Of a stretch of 64,000 nt of DNA, positions 13,900 through 27,100 are shown piece by piece. This DNA comes from Euglena gracilis. Taxonomy: Eukaryota. Location: NCBI GenBank assembly GCA_039621445.1, contig CP154954.1, positions 43,689,847 through 43,753,846 on the forward strand, written 5' to 3'. Below the pieces are notes generated by a model. That model saw only the letters and a list, made by a program, of their open reading frames with translations. It searched no databases and was not told the origin of the DNA. How positions within the stretch are numbered: position 1 is the stretch's first letter; every line of letters begins with the position of its first letter. Made by a program: the position numbers and the translations under genes.

Positions 13900-15143
13900 A
13901 CACGTCTGCAGCGATCGTCCATATGAGGTGGCAAGTCAGAGACGTGCACAGATTTGCACCTCTTTTTTATGTACACACATGTTGGGGAATGGAGGCACCC
14001 ATGCCAATGGAGGCACCTTCCCTCCAGGACCATTCTGCACCGGACGCATACGCCTTTGCCATGTGCCCACACGGCGCATCTGTCTGTGGTGTGGTTTCTT
14101 GCACAGCGGGACGAATCCTTCCATGCTGGTTTCCTTTGTCCGCAGTTCATGTGGAACTGACCGCCAAAGAGTCGCAGCCCCTGGGTCGCTCCGTGGCGGA
14201 GATATGCGACAGCTGCACCCTCCGGCTGGCGAAGCGGGTAGTCGTCCCTGTTGAGAAGCAGGTGCTGCAGCTGTTGAAGGAGGGGCTTCTGCTTGAGGGG
14301 GGGTTGGGGGGCACCTTGCATTGCCGCCTTGGGGCAACGATGGCAGCTCTCTGCCAATGTTCTAATTGTTTGTTTCAGAAATGCTCTTCTCAGTTCAAGC
14401 GGATGGAGGATGTTTATATTTGACTGTTGGTGGCAGCAATGTCAAAAAAATTCCAGAATAGAGACGACTTGACAGTTCTTTTCTACAAAATTTACGAACC
14501 TCCCTCCCCAATGCAATTTTTGGATACAATGTTGGTTCCATAATTATAAAATTCTGAATTAGTCCCGCAAAAAATTCACAAAAGTGATGTATCCAGTTCA
14601 AATGTCTGAAAAGACCAAAAATGGCAAGGAAAAAGTCCAATGGCCAATGGTTACCCCCCCCAATAGAAGTGCGGGGCCGCTACAAGTGCCAAAAGGGTCC
14701 AAAAAAAAAAACAGCGCACCCCCGTCGCCAAAGGCGGCAGTTCACTACAATCGCACCCCCTATTTTGATGGGATTTCTAAAGGAAACCAACAAAAATCGC
14801 GCAGGTAGGGTCCAAATAGAAGCACACCCCCTGCTGCCAGAGGCGGCGGTCCGCTACCTGTGCTTCTATTAGGGGGTGGGTTTACAGTTAAATTACAATA
14901 CAAATTGGCAAAAATTGACCTAAGTTTCCAAAAGAAATTTGACATTGTGCAAGTTTGCGATAAATAGCCAAAACAAAGCTGCCAAAAATTGGGCTAAATT
15001 TTTCCAAAAGCGTTTTGAGAATTTGAAAGCGGCCTTCTTTTTCCACGCTGCTTCGGTTTTTTTTTTGGGCTTTTTTTTGTTTTTTTTTTTTTTTTTTTTT
15101 TTTTAGTTTTTTTTTTTTTTGTGTTCGTTTTTTTTTTTTTTTT

Positions 15144-15178
<35 letters not shown>

Positions 15179-18100
15179 TTTTGAGTTTTGAGTTTTTTTT
15201 TTTTTTTGATTTTTTTTTTTTTTGAGTTTTTTTTTTTTTTTTTAGAGCTTTGAGGTTTTCGGTTTCTTCCGCAAGACGTTTTTTTTGCCAAGCACCATCT
15301 GAAGGAGAGTTCCCATTCGGGTCCTTTCGGAGCATGGCTTTGAAGAAGTGCTGAAGGCCCGCTTTCCAGATGTTTTTCCCGGGCCAGGGTCCATCAGGGG
15401 GGGGCAGGTAGTGTCGCTCCACTTCCCTCCAATGCTTCGGTGGTTGACCTCCCTCCTCACCGAATGCCGTTGCTTTCCCCCTGCTTTCACAACTGTGGTC
15501 TGGAGAAGGGTGATGAAAGGAGTCCAAACTCAAACCACAGGTGCCATGTTCTGCCTGCCATCTCCCAGGCAGTTCTCCCCCGGCTCAAAGTGTGGGTGAT
15601 GAATTCAGCAATTTGAAAATGGATGCATCTGCACCATTGATGTTCAAAATTGTCTTTTTTTTTTGGCCTCTTCACAGCCATCAAAATTCATAGAAATTTC
15701 CTTTAGATTCAGCACCAAGTGACAAATTTTTCAATGCGATTGTGCAAGGGGTGTTAAAACATGGGTTCTGCTGAATGGACTCCGAAGCGGACGAGTCAAC
15801 CAAGGCAGGCAGAAGGGGGACATTGCTGTTCAGCTTACATTCAGCATGATCCCATCGCTGAAACGTTTGGCATGGAGGCTGCCGGTCGATGCAACTTCGA
15901 CGGTCATACTGCTGGGACCCCCCCAAGGGGGTTCCCATTAGTATAACAGTATAACGGGGGTTCATTCATGGAGCAGGGTTAGGGTTACAATTTAGCCTGT
16001 TAGGCTTATTCGCAAAAACAGTGCCTGAATTGACAAAACTTAGTTAGACCTGGAGCCTGATTTAGGCCAAATAAGAAGGGCGGCTGAAATAAAAAGGGCT
16101 AAATTGTAACCCTAACCCTACTCCACAAATAACCCCTGTGAATCCACTGGGACCCCCTGGGGGTCCCAGTAGTTTTAGGCTGCCTCAACTACTTCTTTCG
16201 GGGGGGTGGAGCGCACACCCATTCCCCATTTCCTCTGCCCCCCCTCTGTTTTGCCAAGAATCCCCGTCCTTTCAACGTGTTTGTCAATGTTCTGCTTCGA
16301 TGTTTCAATGCTGGTCAACGTTCTGGCGACCCCCCCCCCCGGTGGTTGTCGATATTTCTGGCGCTGGAGGTGGGGTTGGAGGTGGGGTAGGTCAAATGCC
16401 GCCTGCTGGTCCCTGGCGCCACTTCCAGAGGCTGCCGGAGATCACCCCGCTCTTCCTCCACCAGCTGCAGGAGGCGGTGCAGGCCAAGGACCCGGCCCTC
16501 CCCGCCATGATAGACGTGCTGCCGGACTTCCGCCAGGAGTGGCGGCGCCCCCCCCCCCGCCCCCGGAAGAACTGCTGAAATGGAGAACCCAAGGAGGGGC
16601 CAGTAGCACATGTGGTGCTTTTTGGGGCCGGCGTACTGTGCATCGCCTGGAAGCTTCAGAGTTTGGGGTGCTTGTGTCAGCACATCATTCGAATTCCGGA
16701 ATCTAGCCATGTGGGAGACCACGTGTCGTCGAGACCCCCGTGTTCCCTGCTGAACAGGTTGGCGTCGTAGTGTCTTATTAGCCATTGGCAGAAAGAATGC
16801 CAAAGAATTGCAAAAAGTTGGCCAGCCCCGCGGCCCCGGGGGCGATGGTTGCCCTGGTCGGCCCACTTCTTCGCGGAGCTGGCGGGCTTCAAGGATGTGG
16901 TGAAGGAGTTCCGCGACTCCAAGCTGCACGACTTTGAGCTGGACCGTCCTTGGCAGTGCCTCTCAGATATTTTCTTCTCATCTGTGACCTGACCGACCCC
17001 TCCTTGGGGGTGGGTGTTGGAGGGACCGACTGGTTTTCCAAAAAAGTGACTGACTGCTGACTGGTTTCTGGAAAATGTAAATGACCACTCCCAGGAAAAA
17101 AAATTCGCTGGCACTTCGCTGGCACAATGCTTTTGATCAAAGCTGAAGGGGTGGGGAGGGGTGAGGGTGTGGCTTGGGGAACCCCAAGCCTTCCGGCCAC
17201 TGCCAGGCCCGCAGCTGAAGCGGTTCCGGCAGATGCGGGCGCACTGGCTGGAAGGGCCCACGTGCTGCAAGCGACCGTCCAGTGGGCTGAAGCCGATGGG
17301 CCAGTGCTTTTGTGGCTTCTCACACATCGCGGACCTCTTCTTTATGACGACCAGGCTGAACTTGACTGGGGGGGGGCAGGCTTCCTTTTAAGGAAGTTTG
17401 CACCCCCCTCCTTGGAGGGGGGAGGTGCCAGGGTGTCGTGGGGGGTCAGGTTTTGGGGTGGCAGTGCTGTCGCCCCCCCCCCCCCCCCCCGGCGCCAAAG
17501 GCCTTCGGCGCCAGAGCCCGAAAATGGCCTTTTCAAGGGAAAAGTGGCTTGGTTGGCATGCACCGGGGTCCAGAACCGACCCACCTGGGGGGGTGCGCAA
17601 GCACCCCTTTGCACAAGGCACTCCCCTGGTGGCCTGATGGGAGGGGGCCTGCCTGGGGAGGCAATCCAAAACCCCCACACGTCCAGGGGGTGGGGCACAT
17701 GTGGCCAAAAGTGCCTGGGAGCTCGGACAAGGCACTCCGGTGCCGAAGGGGCCAAAAGCCCAGGGCCATTTTTGGGCATTTCTTCCCACGACCAGGTCAG
17801 CCCAACCACCCCCCTCCCACCCAAGTTGGTGAAAGTCAGCCTGACGAGGATGGTCCGCCTCGGAGAGCCTCAGCCTGCCAAGGGTGTCTGCCACCCCCCT
17901 CCCCCCTCCCCTCTGAAGACCACCCGTTGTCCCCCCCCCATGAAGGGGCTGGGCACATCCTGACTGACAGCCCTGACACAGGCAGCTTCGGGAGATCACT
18001 GCATCGCATATTTTCGAAGTTTCCCATTCCGGGGCACTTGTCTGTCGGGACTCAGTTGTGGATGGATCGACTCTGGAGAATGATCAGCCAAAAAAGAGAC

Positions 18101-21100
18101 GAAATGATCCCACTCATTCACACCCCTCTCCCACGTATAGCCTCCCCCCTTTCAACTCACAACCTCCCCCCTGGGCCGACCAACCAAAGGACGACTTATA
18201 AACCCTTGAGGGGGAAAAAAGCCAACGATATTGTGGATGATTTATTCGGCTGCAAAACACCCAAAAACTGATTTTTGGCATTTTTTTGCGACCAACCATT
18301 GTTGAAAACGCCATTTTTGAAGAGTTTTGCCGAAAATTGCCAATTTGGGGGTTCAGGAGTCATTTTGGGGGGGGGTTGGATCCAGTGAATTTTCTTAAAC
18401 TTTTGTGACTGGGGTGGGTGGGTGGGTCCCGGCTGAATCCCCCCCCCCCCCCCCCGGGGTGGGGGTTGGGTGCCCTGCTGGAGGTGGAGTTTCCTTCTTT
18501 TCGGCATGAATTGCCGAAAGTTTTTGGACCCCAAAATTGACCCAAAAGTGGGTCCCCCCGCCCCGTGCTTTCCAGGGGGTGGGTGGGTGGGTTCGGACCC
18601 CCCCCTTGCCCGGGCCTTAAAAAAACAACCTCTGGTCGAAATTCAACAAACAATTCCTGGACTTAGCCCCCACTTAATACCCCCCCCCCCCGGCTGACCA
18701 ACCAACCTGATCCTGACCCCTGAGGGGTTGCCTTTCCCCATTTGAGGCCTTTTTGCCCCGGTGGGCGATAATGGCCCCCCCCCCCCAGGCTGCGTCCTTC
18801 CCCCCCGACGCCCGGACCGACTTCGTGGAGTTCATCTCCTGCGGCCTCCACAAGACCTGGCCCGACGACTTCTCCCGGTCGTACGTCAACCTGCTGCTCG
18901 CCCGCACCCGCATCTTCATCTTGCTGCAGCTCCTGCGGCCCAACTATGGCGAGGCCGCCGGGGACTTGTCCCCGGTGAACATCGCGCCTAGGGGCGTGCC
19001 GGAACTGCACTCGACGTCCAACGCGATCCCCCGTATGCAAGTGCATCTGTGTCGGGGGAAATGTGCATATGGTGCTCTTTTCAGGAATTTCGGCAGTGTA
19101 GAAGTCAAAGAACAGGACTTTACAGGCACTGAATAGTGGAACACCTGGAAATTCTGTGGGTCATACCCAACCCCCAGCCCCAAAGCCTCTGCCAGCCAAT
19201 GGGCCACAGTGATGGTGGGTTTCCACTGGCATGGCCACAGCCCATGCATCAGTGTGCCCCAGCCCACTCAGCCACCTCTGCTTCAGTGTGCTGTGTAAAA
19301 TTGAGGTCTGGAAACTTGAGGCATCGAATTTGTTTGGCAAAATGAAGCCTTCACTTGCAAACACAATTCCCAAACAAATCAACTATTGCCTAAATCTGAG
19401 TCTCAGAAAGGTCTGCTTAAACCTGGCATGTCGCCTCTTCCTTCCTGAGGTCGTGTGCAGCTTTGAGTGCTTTAACCTAAACTAGCAGCTAAACAGCTAA
19501 AGGAGTCCATAGCCGAAGAAGCCCCCCAACCACCTGCCCAGGAAACTGTCACGGGACAGGTGGGCCAGTCCCACAGACCCTGACAACTTCCCACACTGAC
19601 AAGGAGGGACCCTGACAGTTTCCTGGGAGGGGATTTGTGGGAAAATCAATTTAATATGGCTCTGACAAGTTGGGCGATACCAGGGACCCTGAAGGTTTCC
19701 CATGTGTGATCCTGACGCTGATGGAGGGCAAGTGTTAATTCCGAATCCAAATTAACGTGGGTTTTTGGCCGTTTTAAACCCAGAATAGACACCTTTGTCG
19801 AAGTCACTGCACCCTCGTTGATAGAGGTTGCTATCTTGCATTATCCAAAGATGGGCCCTGTTGATGGCAAAGAAATCAAAGATGGGTGCTGTTCACCACA
19901 GTGTGGGCTGCCTGCCTCGCCCCCGTGCACAAACGTTTGTTTTGGAAAGAGTCAGGTGAGGGAATGTCTGCTCTCACACAACTGGCCTGGTCCAAATACA
20001 CTGGTAGGAGATAGATACCCATAACCGCCACCCCCAAATATGACCCCACTGGGAATTATTAAAAGCCACTGAAAAATTATTGAAACCCTCTTTTGACACA
20101 AAATTGTCGAAAACGCTGATTGTTTTTGACCTCTGTGACCGAAGGATTTCAGTGTATACCAATTTACAAATGGTGCAAAGACTTGATTTTCTTGATTGGT
20201 TTTCTCAGGCCTGAGTCCATCAAAATATAACCCCCCCCAAATAACACCGTTCTTGGTTTCCTGCAACGGACCCAAAGTTAGACCTGGATTTTATCTTTTG
20301 GTGGGGTTTGGGGTAGCTAGTGTAACCGCTCTGATGTTAATTCAAAGAGCAGCATTTGCAGATTTGTTGGGGATTTATGAGGCTTCAGTTAGAGTGGTTT
20401 GGGGTTTCCTCCGCAGAGGAAAAGACGGACAGTTTGCGGGGTGGGGGGTGGTTGTAGGGTTAGGTGGCGGCCCCTACCATTGGTGGTGTACCTCTACACG
20501 CTGCAGACGCCCATCTACCAGAAGATGAACGCGGCGTTTTACACCCGCGACACCGCGGAGATTGCCAATTGGCGCCCCTTCAGCGAGCAGCTCATGGTGG
20601 CGCTGAACAAGCTGCCCGGCACGTGTTTCATGGACCCGCCTGGGCTGCTTTTTTTCGGAAGGTCGCACCCACGCGTCCGTTTGCAGGCCAGCCCCAATTT
20701 TGGCCAACCCAGCCACAGCAACGTCCCGGGGGGGGGGGGAGGTGCTAGGTTTGCATTCTGAAAAATTCTCCCTGGATGGGAGGAGATGAAATTTTTCCAA
20801 AGTCCTTTCTAGCAGGAAGCTATGCACATCCGGGAGCTCCTAAAGAATTCATGTGCAACTTGCACTTTTTTGCGTTGCAGCACATCCCCCCCGCCCACCA
20901 TCCCTTCCATCCATTCCTGCAACATTTGATGTTGATGGGGCAGCCGTTGGAAGGGTCTCAAGCTTAGGAGGCGTAAACTGCCCAAATATTTAAACCCCCT
21001 CGAAACGGAAAAGGAAGCGGAAAAACGCTTCCAAAAATGGTCTGTTTTTTTGAGGGATTTAGAAGAGGTTCGGATTTCGGCCGTTTTTGATTGGACGTTT

Positions 21101-24100
21101 GGCTTGCAGTAACGGAGTTTTAAAAACTCCAAAATCAAGCTAAAATGCCACTTAAATTTTGAAACTGAGTCTAAATGAATGAAAACCCTACAGAAATTTC
21201 AAAGACAACAATAAAGTGCAAATGCACACCTCATGCCAGCTGCGGCCAGAGACAGTAGACGGCGAAACCCCCTGCAAAGGGGGGAAAATAATAAATACAA
21301 AATATAGGAAGCGGTAAAAACGACATTCCGCTTCAAAATCACACACAGGTCACCAAAATCGACACCAGAAGAATCATGCCTAACGGAATACCAATGCAAA
21401 GTAAAGAAAATTTTCTAAAAACGAAAAGGAAGCGGAAAACCGCTTTAATGAGAAACTGAAAAATAATGTACCTCCCCCCCCCTTGTCCAACGACCGGCCT
21501 TGTCCAACGACCACCCCCCGGTCAGTAGCGATCTTTTTCCAGGTGATCTTTTTTCCAGACGTTCGCGTTCTTACCTCTGGCCTTTTCTTACAACTTTCAT
21601 GGCATATTTTGAACCTTTTCAACAAGTTTTTTTTGCCTGGTTTCCTGCAAATTGGCAACTTTTGGCCCTTTTTTTTGGCCATGTTTTGGCCATTTTGTGC
21701 CACTTTTGGCCACTTTTGGCCACTCTGGGCTGCATTTGGCAAAATAGGCCACTTTTGGATGCTATGAATGCATTTTTGCTTCATTTATGCCAATTTTTGG
21801 CTGCTTCTGGCTATTTTTTCGCATTTGTGGCCATTTTAAGCCACTTCTGACTGCTTTTATCCACTTTTTGCCCCATTTTGGCCATTTTGTGACCATTTTG
21901 TGACCATTTTGAGCACGCGGAAGAAATTTTTTTGACTCCGGTCTTGTCTAACGACCACCCCCCGGTCAGTAGCGATATTTGGCCAAAATAACGACCAACC
22001 CCCCGGTCAGTAGCGATAATTAGTGGTCGTTGGACAGGGGGGGAGCAATAAATCAAATAGAAGTTAATGCAATTCAAACATTGAATAACAATGCCCACAA
22101 ACATTCCTTCTGCATTTCGGAAGGGTGTGATGAATCGCACGAACTCAGCAGTAATCATTGGCATTAAGTTTAACTAGTGCACTCCCCAGAACACGTTACA
22201 GCCACAACAAATGGTATACAAATGTGAGACACAGAACAATACAGACCTGCAGTCAAAGTCCGCGCTTGATGTACGGGGCCAACATAAGCAGGTAGGAGGG
22301 AAAACCTGCAAAAAACGAACAGGAAAACGATGAAGCGGGTTTCCGCTTACTTAAATCAAAGAAGAGAAATTTAGTCCAATGCAAACTGTACTGTACTGGT
22401 CCGAAACTGCCATTGCCAACGTCACTGAACCAACTGAATGCAGAATGTAATGACATATGGTAAACTCGAACTACCCAACAAACGTGAATCCCGCATCAAA
22501 CAGTACTGAGAAGATGCATTATATCCCGAAGCACCAGCAAGTTGTGGATTTGTAACTGTCATTCTCAAAACAAAGGTCACAGCTGAAACAAACCCCACAG
22601 CCCCCAGTTCCGCAGCCATGCCAAAAACAAAACACAAAGGAAAGACACGGCGAAATGGGTGGGTGAGGTGTGGCGAAGGCGTGCGCATGGTTGGGGATTG
22701 GGTCCGGGTGTGGGTATGGGTCTGTGGGTATGGGTCTGGTCCGGTCCAGGTCTGGGTCTCGCTTCTCGTCGTCCACCACCATATCCTGGATGTTCTCCAG
22801 CGCAGACCGCTTCCTCGGCAACAGGGAGCGGCGCAAACGGGAGGCGTGGAACGGGATAACAGGTTTAATTACGTGCCATTGTGTTGAATCCCATCACAAC
22901 GAATTCACAGTGAAACGTGAAACACACTTCCAGTCACAAAAATTACTCTGATTCATTCATAAGGAAGCGGAAAAACGCTTCATCAAACAGAATTGATAAA
23001 TTACTGCCAACTGGACACATGACATAAGGAAAGAGATATCACAGACAATCCACCATTAGGCCGCTCCCTGTGTGTCGGGCGCTCCGGCGGTTCCGGAGAC
23101 GACTCGTAGGAGTGCCGGGCTGGCTGCTGCGAGCCCCGGGCGCCCTTCTTGGGCGTGTCCTTGGTCTTCTTGTCCGGCTTGTCCTTCGTCTCTTTCTCCT
23201 TGGGCTGGTCCTGGGACTGCTTGGTCTCCTTGGACTTGGACTCCTTCGGGTCCCGGCCGCCCTGCTTGGACGGGGGCTCCTCCTCCGTCGGTGGTGCGGG
23301 GGCCGTCTCCGTCCCCTTCGGGATGTACCCGGACACGTTCAGGGCCAGGTGGTGGGTGATCCTCAGGTGGACGTCCTTGGCCACAGGGCAACCCAATGTA
23401 ATTGCCCTGTCCGGAATCAGAAGGGAATGGGAATGCAGATACAAACAATAAAATTTTAAGCAAAGTATTCGAAGCGGTTTTACGCTTCAATTGCTAAATC
23501 CAGAAAAAATGACGCAGAATGATCCAGGTGAATGCCATTTGCGTTCGTTAAATGAATGTCAAACCATGTTAAATTGAAGATCGGTGAAAGTAAGAGACAG
23601 AAGCCTGGGCCACCCTGCACCCAGACCACTGGTGGTAGCCCGTCGGCCACCCTCATTTCGCGGCCGATGTCCTCCAGGCAGCGCTGCTGGGCCTCTGCGT
23701 CGTCGGAGTGGAGGGCCGGCACGCCCCACAGCAGGTTGATGGTGCTGCCCGCCCGCACGGCCAGCTGGGCGGACAGCACCGGCCGGGAACTCAGCACCAT
23801 CACCAAGTTGGCGGTGGCCACCTCCAGCCGCCGCAGGAACCACCAGACGACCTCCACAGGAACAAGATGGGCAACGTCGGGTGCACCGGGTTGCACTTCA
23901 AAACAGTCATCGCCGAAAACTGAACGAGGTTGGTTGACACTGCCCTCAACAACAGGGACACAAGTTCATGTTTGAAGCATGAAAACTGAAGACAACATTC
24001 TTAACTGGCATGCTAAGTGCAATCCGGGACCTGGTGCATCCCCTGCAAGGTGATCTGGCCGGGGTCCTCGAGGCTAAGAGACAGGGATTTTCTGTTTTGT

Positions 24101-27100
24101 ACTATGTACATGTATGCACTCAATATGACATAGACAATGTGAAAGAACTGCTCTCATTAACAGGAAGCGCTTTTCCGCTTCATCACAACATAAATCAAAA
24201 TAAAATAGATGGTGCACCTTCATGGTCTTCTTGTTGGTGGTGAACACGGCCAGGGTGCTTCGCGCCCAGATCCAGTCCGGGTCGGGCCCCGGCTGCGGGA
24301 TGAAGAGGACGATGTTCTTGCGGAAGACGGTCATCTCACTGGCCAGCATCTTCGTCAGCCGCGCTTGGAGATCTCGCAGGTCGATCTCCCTCCCGACAGC
24401 GATCATGGGTACCCCCGTCAGCATGAGCCTGAACACCTCGGTATGCAGGCTGTCATCGTTGGCGAACTGCTGGGGCTCCACTTCCATCACCACGGCTGCC
24501 AGGTCCAGCAGACGGAGGTCCTTCAGCCAGGCGTTGCCCGTGGACTGCATGGGCACCACGTGGATGAGGCCGGTCTTCGGTTGGTCGTGGAGATCTCCTG
24601 GGTGCTGGACACCTCCTCCTCCGGTTTCTTTGGTTTGCCTTGCGTTGACGGTTCATGGCCAGGCAGGCTCATGCCGTGCAGGTCCAGGGTGCCGAAGACG
24701 CCCCCGACCTTGACGACGGGCTCCATCACTGGGCCCAGCAGCCGCTGCCTCAGACCCTCGTACAGGGGGTCGGCCCACAGCGGCGCGCGTCGTACCACCT
24801 CGATGGGCGGCCATTGCCGGGGGACAACTGACATCGCATCAGAGAGGGGTGTGCATGCATTCACTGGGAGGGGTGCATTCATTCCAGGCTTTTACAAATC
24901 AGAAGTTGTTCCCCGCACAGGGGGCTTCGGGCGACCACCTCCACTTCACTCCGGTCATCGGCACCTTCACGTGCTCCGGCTGCAGGGCGGTCTCCAGCGC
25001 GGCCACCTGCGCCAGGTCCTCTGCAAAAAGAACACAGAATGACAAAGTGAAGCGGAAAAACGCTTCATGACAAAGTCTGCATTTTATCCATGTAAAGAAC
25101 CAGTTAGTTAGCCAGCAGTTCTTAGACGTGCACGCATATGATTACTGCAAATAATTAAACAGCACACACTTCTGGTCGGGTGAAGAACATCGGCATCCAG
25201 CTCCGGGTGCTGCAGCAGCCACGCCAGGTCCTCCGGCGCACCAACTTCGCCGTCTCCTGCCTGGCAGCAGACTCCATTTTGTATTTTGGATGAGTCGGAG
25301 AATACTGTGAACACAATTATACATTAAAAATGAAAATGTTCATGTATGAAGCGGAAACATGCTTCCTGTCTGGTGTGAATGAAATTTTCTTTTTTATTTT
25401 CCGGATTTACAACCATCCGCCAGATGAGCACGACAGAATGTGGAGTCTGGACCAGCCGCTGGGTGGTGGGCTTGGATTTCTCGTCCAACATCACCTGGGC
25501 CAGCTCCGCGTAGTCGTCTGGGTGGTAGATGGCCTCCAGGCACTTGAACGTGTGTGGGGACACCCGGTCCCGGCCTCCATCCTCTTCACCACCTCGACGG
25601 CCTCGGTCCCACTCTGCAGCACCCACTCCGTGACGGGGATCATGGCTTTGACCCACGTACCCTGAGAAGGGTAAAAATTAAAAAGGGACGATAATGAAGC
25701 GGGAAAACGCTTTCATATGCGATCGCATTTGAAAACACCAACACCAAACTGACTGCATATCAACTGAATATGCAAACTGAACATCAATCATTAAACATCA
25801 TATAATCATTCTGCACTGCACAATCATCCTTTGGTGACAGAACATACCAGGGCACCGTCCACGGTCTCGCGGCATCCCGTCTTGCTGTATACGTTCTTCA
25901 ACAGCTCCGTCTTGGTGGGGTTGTACGCCACTCCTTCAGCCTCGGCAATCTCCCGGTTGTGGGTGTCCTCCTTCAGCAGCCACTGCAGGCGACCCGCCAA
26001 CGTCATGTCCATGACATTGCCGTCCATGGCCTGCAACCTGCCGGCCAGCTGCTGGCGCTCGATGATGCTGGTGCTCTCCTTCACCACTTTGCACCGGAAC
26101 TTCTCCGTGAAGGCTGGCGGCCGCCGGGCATCGGCGACGGCGGCGTCGGCAATGGCCGACGCGGCCAGGAAACGATGTTGACCACTCAGGATGACCCACT
26201 TCCCCGTAGCTGCGAAGAGGGGAACACATTCAGAAACCATCCATTGCCCCACACAACGTAAAAGAAATTGCTATGTGATGAACCTGAGAAACACATCAAT
26301 TATGTCCAAAGTGCCAACCCACTCCCGTCAAGCAACCAATTTGAACTGAGGGGGTCTGATCCGCAGGAACGACAAACACAATATGGAGGGGGCTGGTGGA
26401 CACCTCTCTCCGGCCACACCGTCAGGACCAGCTCCTGCGGCGGGTTGTTCTTCAGCTCTTTGATGAGGTCGTTCACATGCTCCTGACGGGGCCGCCGGAC
26501 CTGCCCCCGGCTCAGGTCAACGTCCAGGACCAGCTGCCCGACTACAGGGTTAGTTAAGATACACTTCTTTTGTGGGAGAAATAATGTAATTCATAACAAT
26601 GAAGCGTGTTTCCGCTTCATTAGTTGACCAAGGTGATTTTTTATCTGTCAATGCTTCTGAATGTTAGCTTCATTGGAGAATGTCAACAGAAGTCTTTCCA
26701 CTGAGGGTAATCTTGACACACTTACCAAACGAAATGAGTTGATTCACCAAAAGGAACCACAAATCTAACCCTGCTCCCTTTGCAGCCACATCTCCTCGTC
26801 TTCCAGCAGCTTCGGGATCGACTGTCCCGTGGTGTCTGCCTTCGCCAGCTTTTTCGGATGCATGTGTACTGGTCTGCGAAGAGAAAAAAGAAAAATAACC
26901 ATATAATCATCCAGTCTGTGGAAAATAAGGCTGAGATGAATGGATTTGCATCATTTATTTCCCAAAAAGAACTCACAAAACACAGCCAAATGGGTTTTTT
27001 TTGATTTTGCTTGCTGTTTGCAAAACACTCTCCATTTTGCACTTCCTACCTGAACCAAACAGCACCATGTTAAAAAAAACCAACCCTTTTCTCGTTGTCT

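Noticed and set aside
13377-14423. 348-aa ORF as one gene
   Set aside because: Mostly MITE and (CA)/(CACG) repeats; only ~14150-14290 looks exonic.
14994-15533. Lys-rich ORF on the minus strand
   Set aside because: Translation of a poly-T tract.
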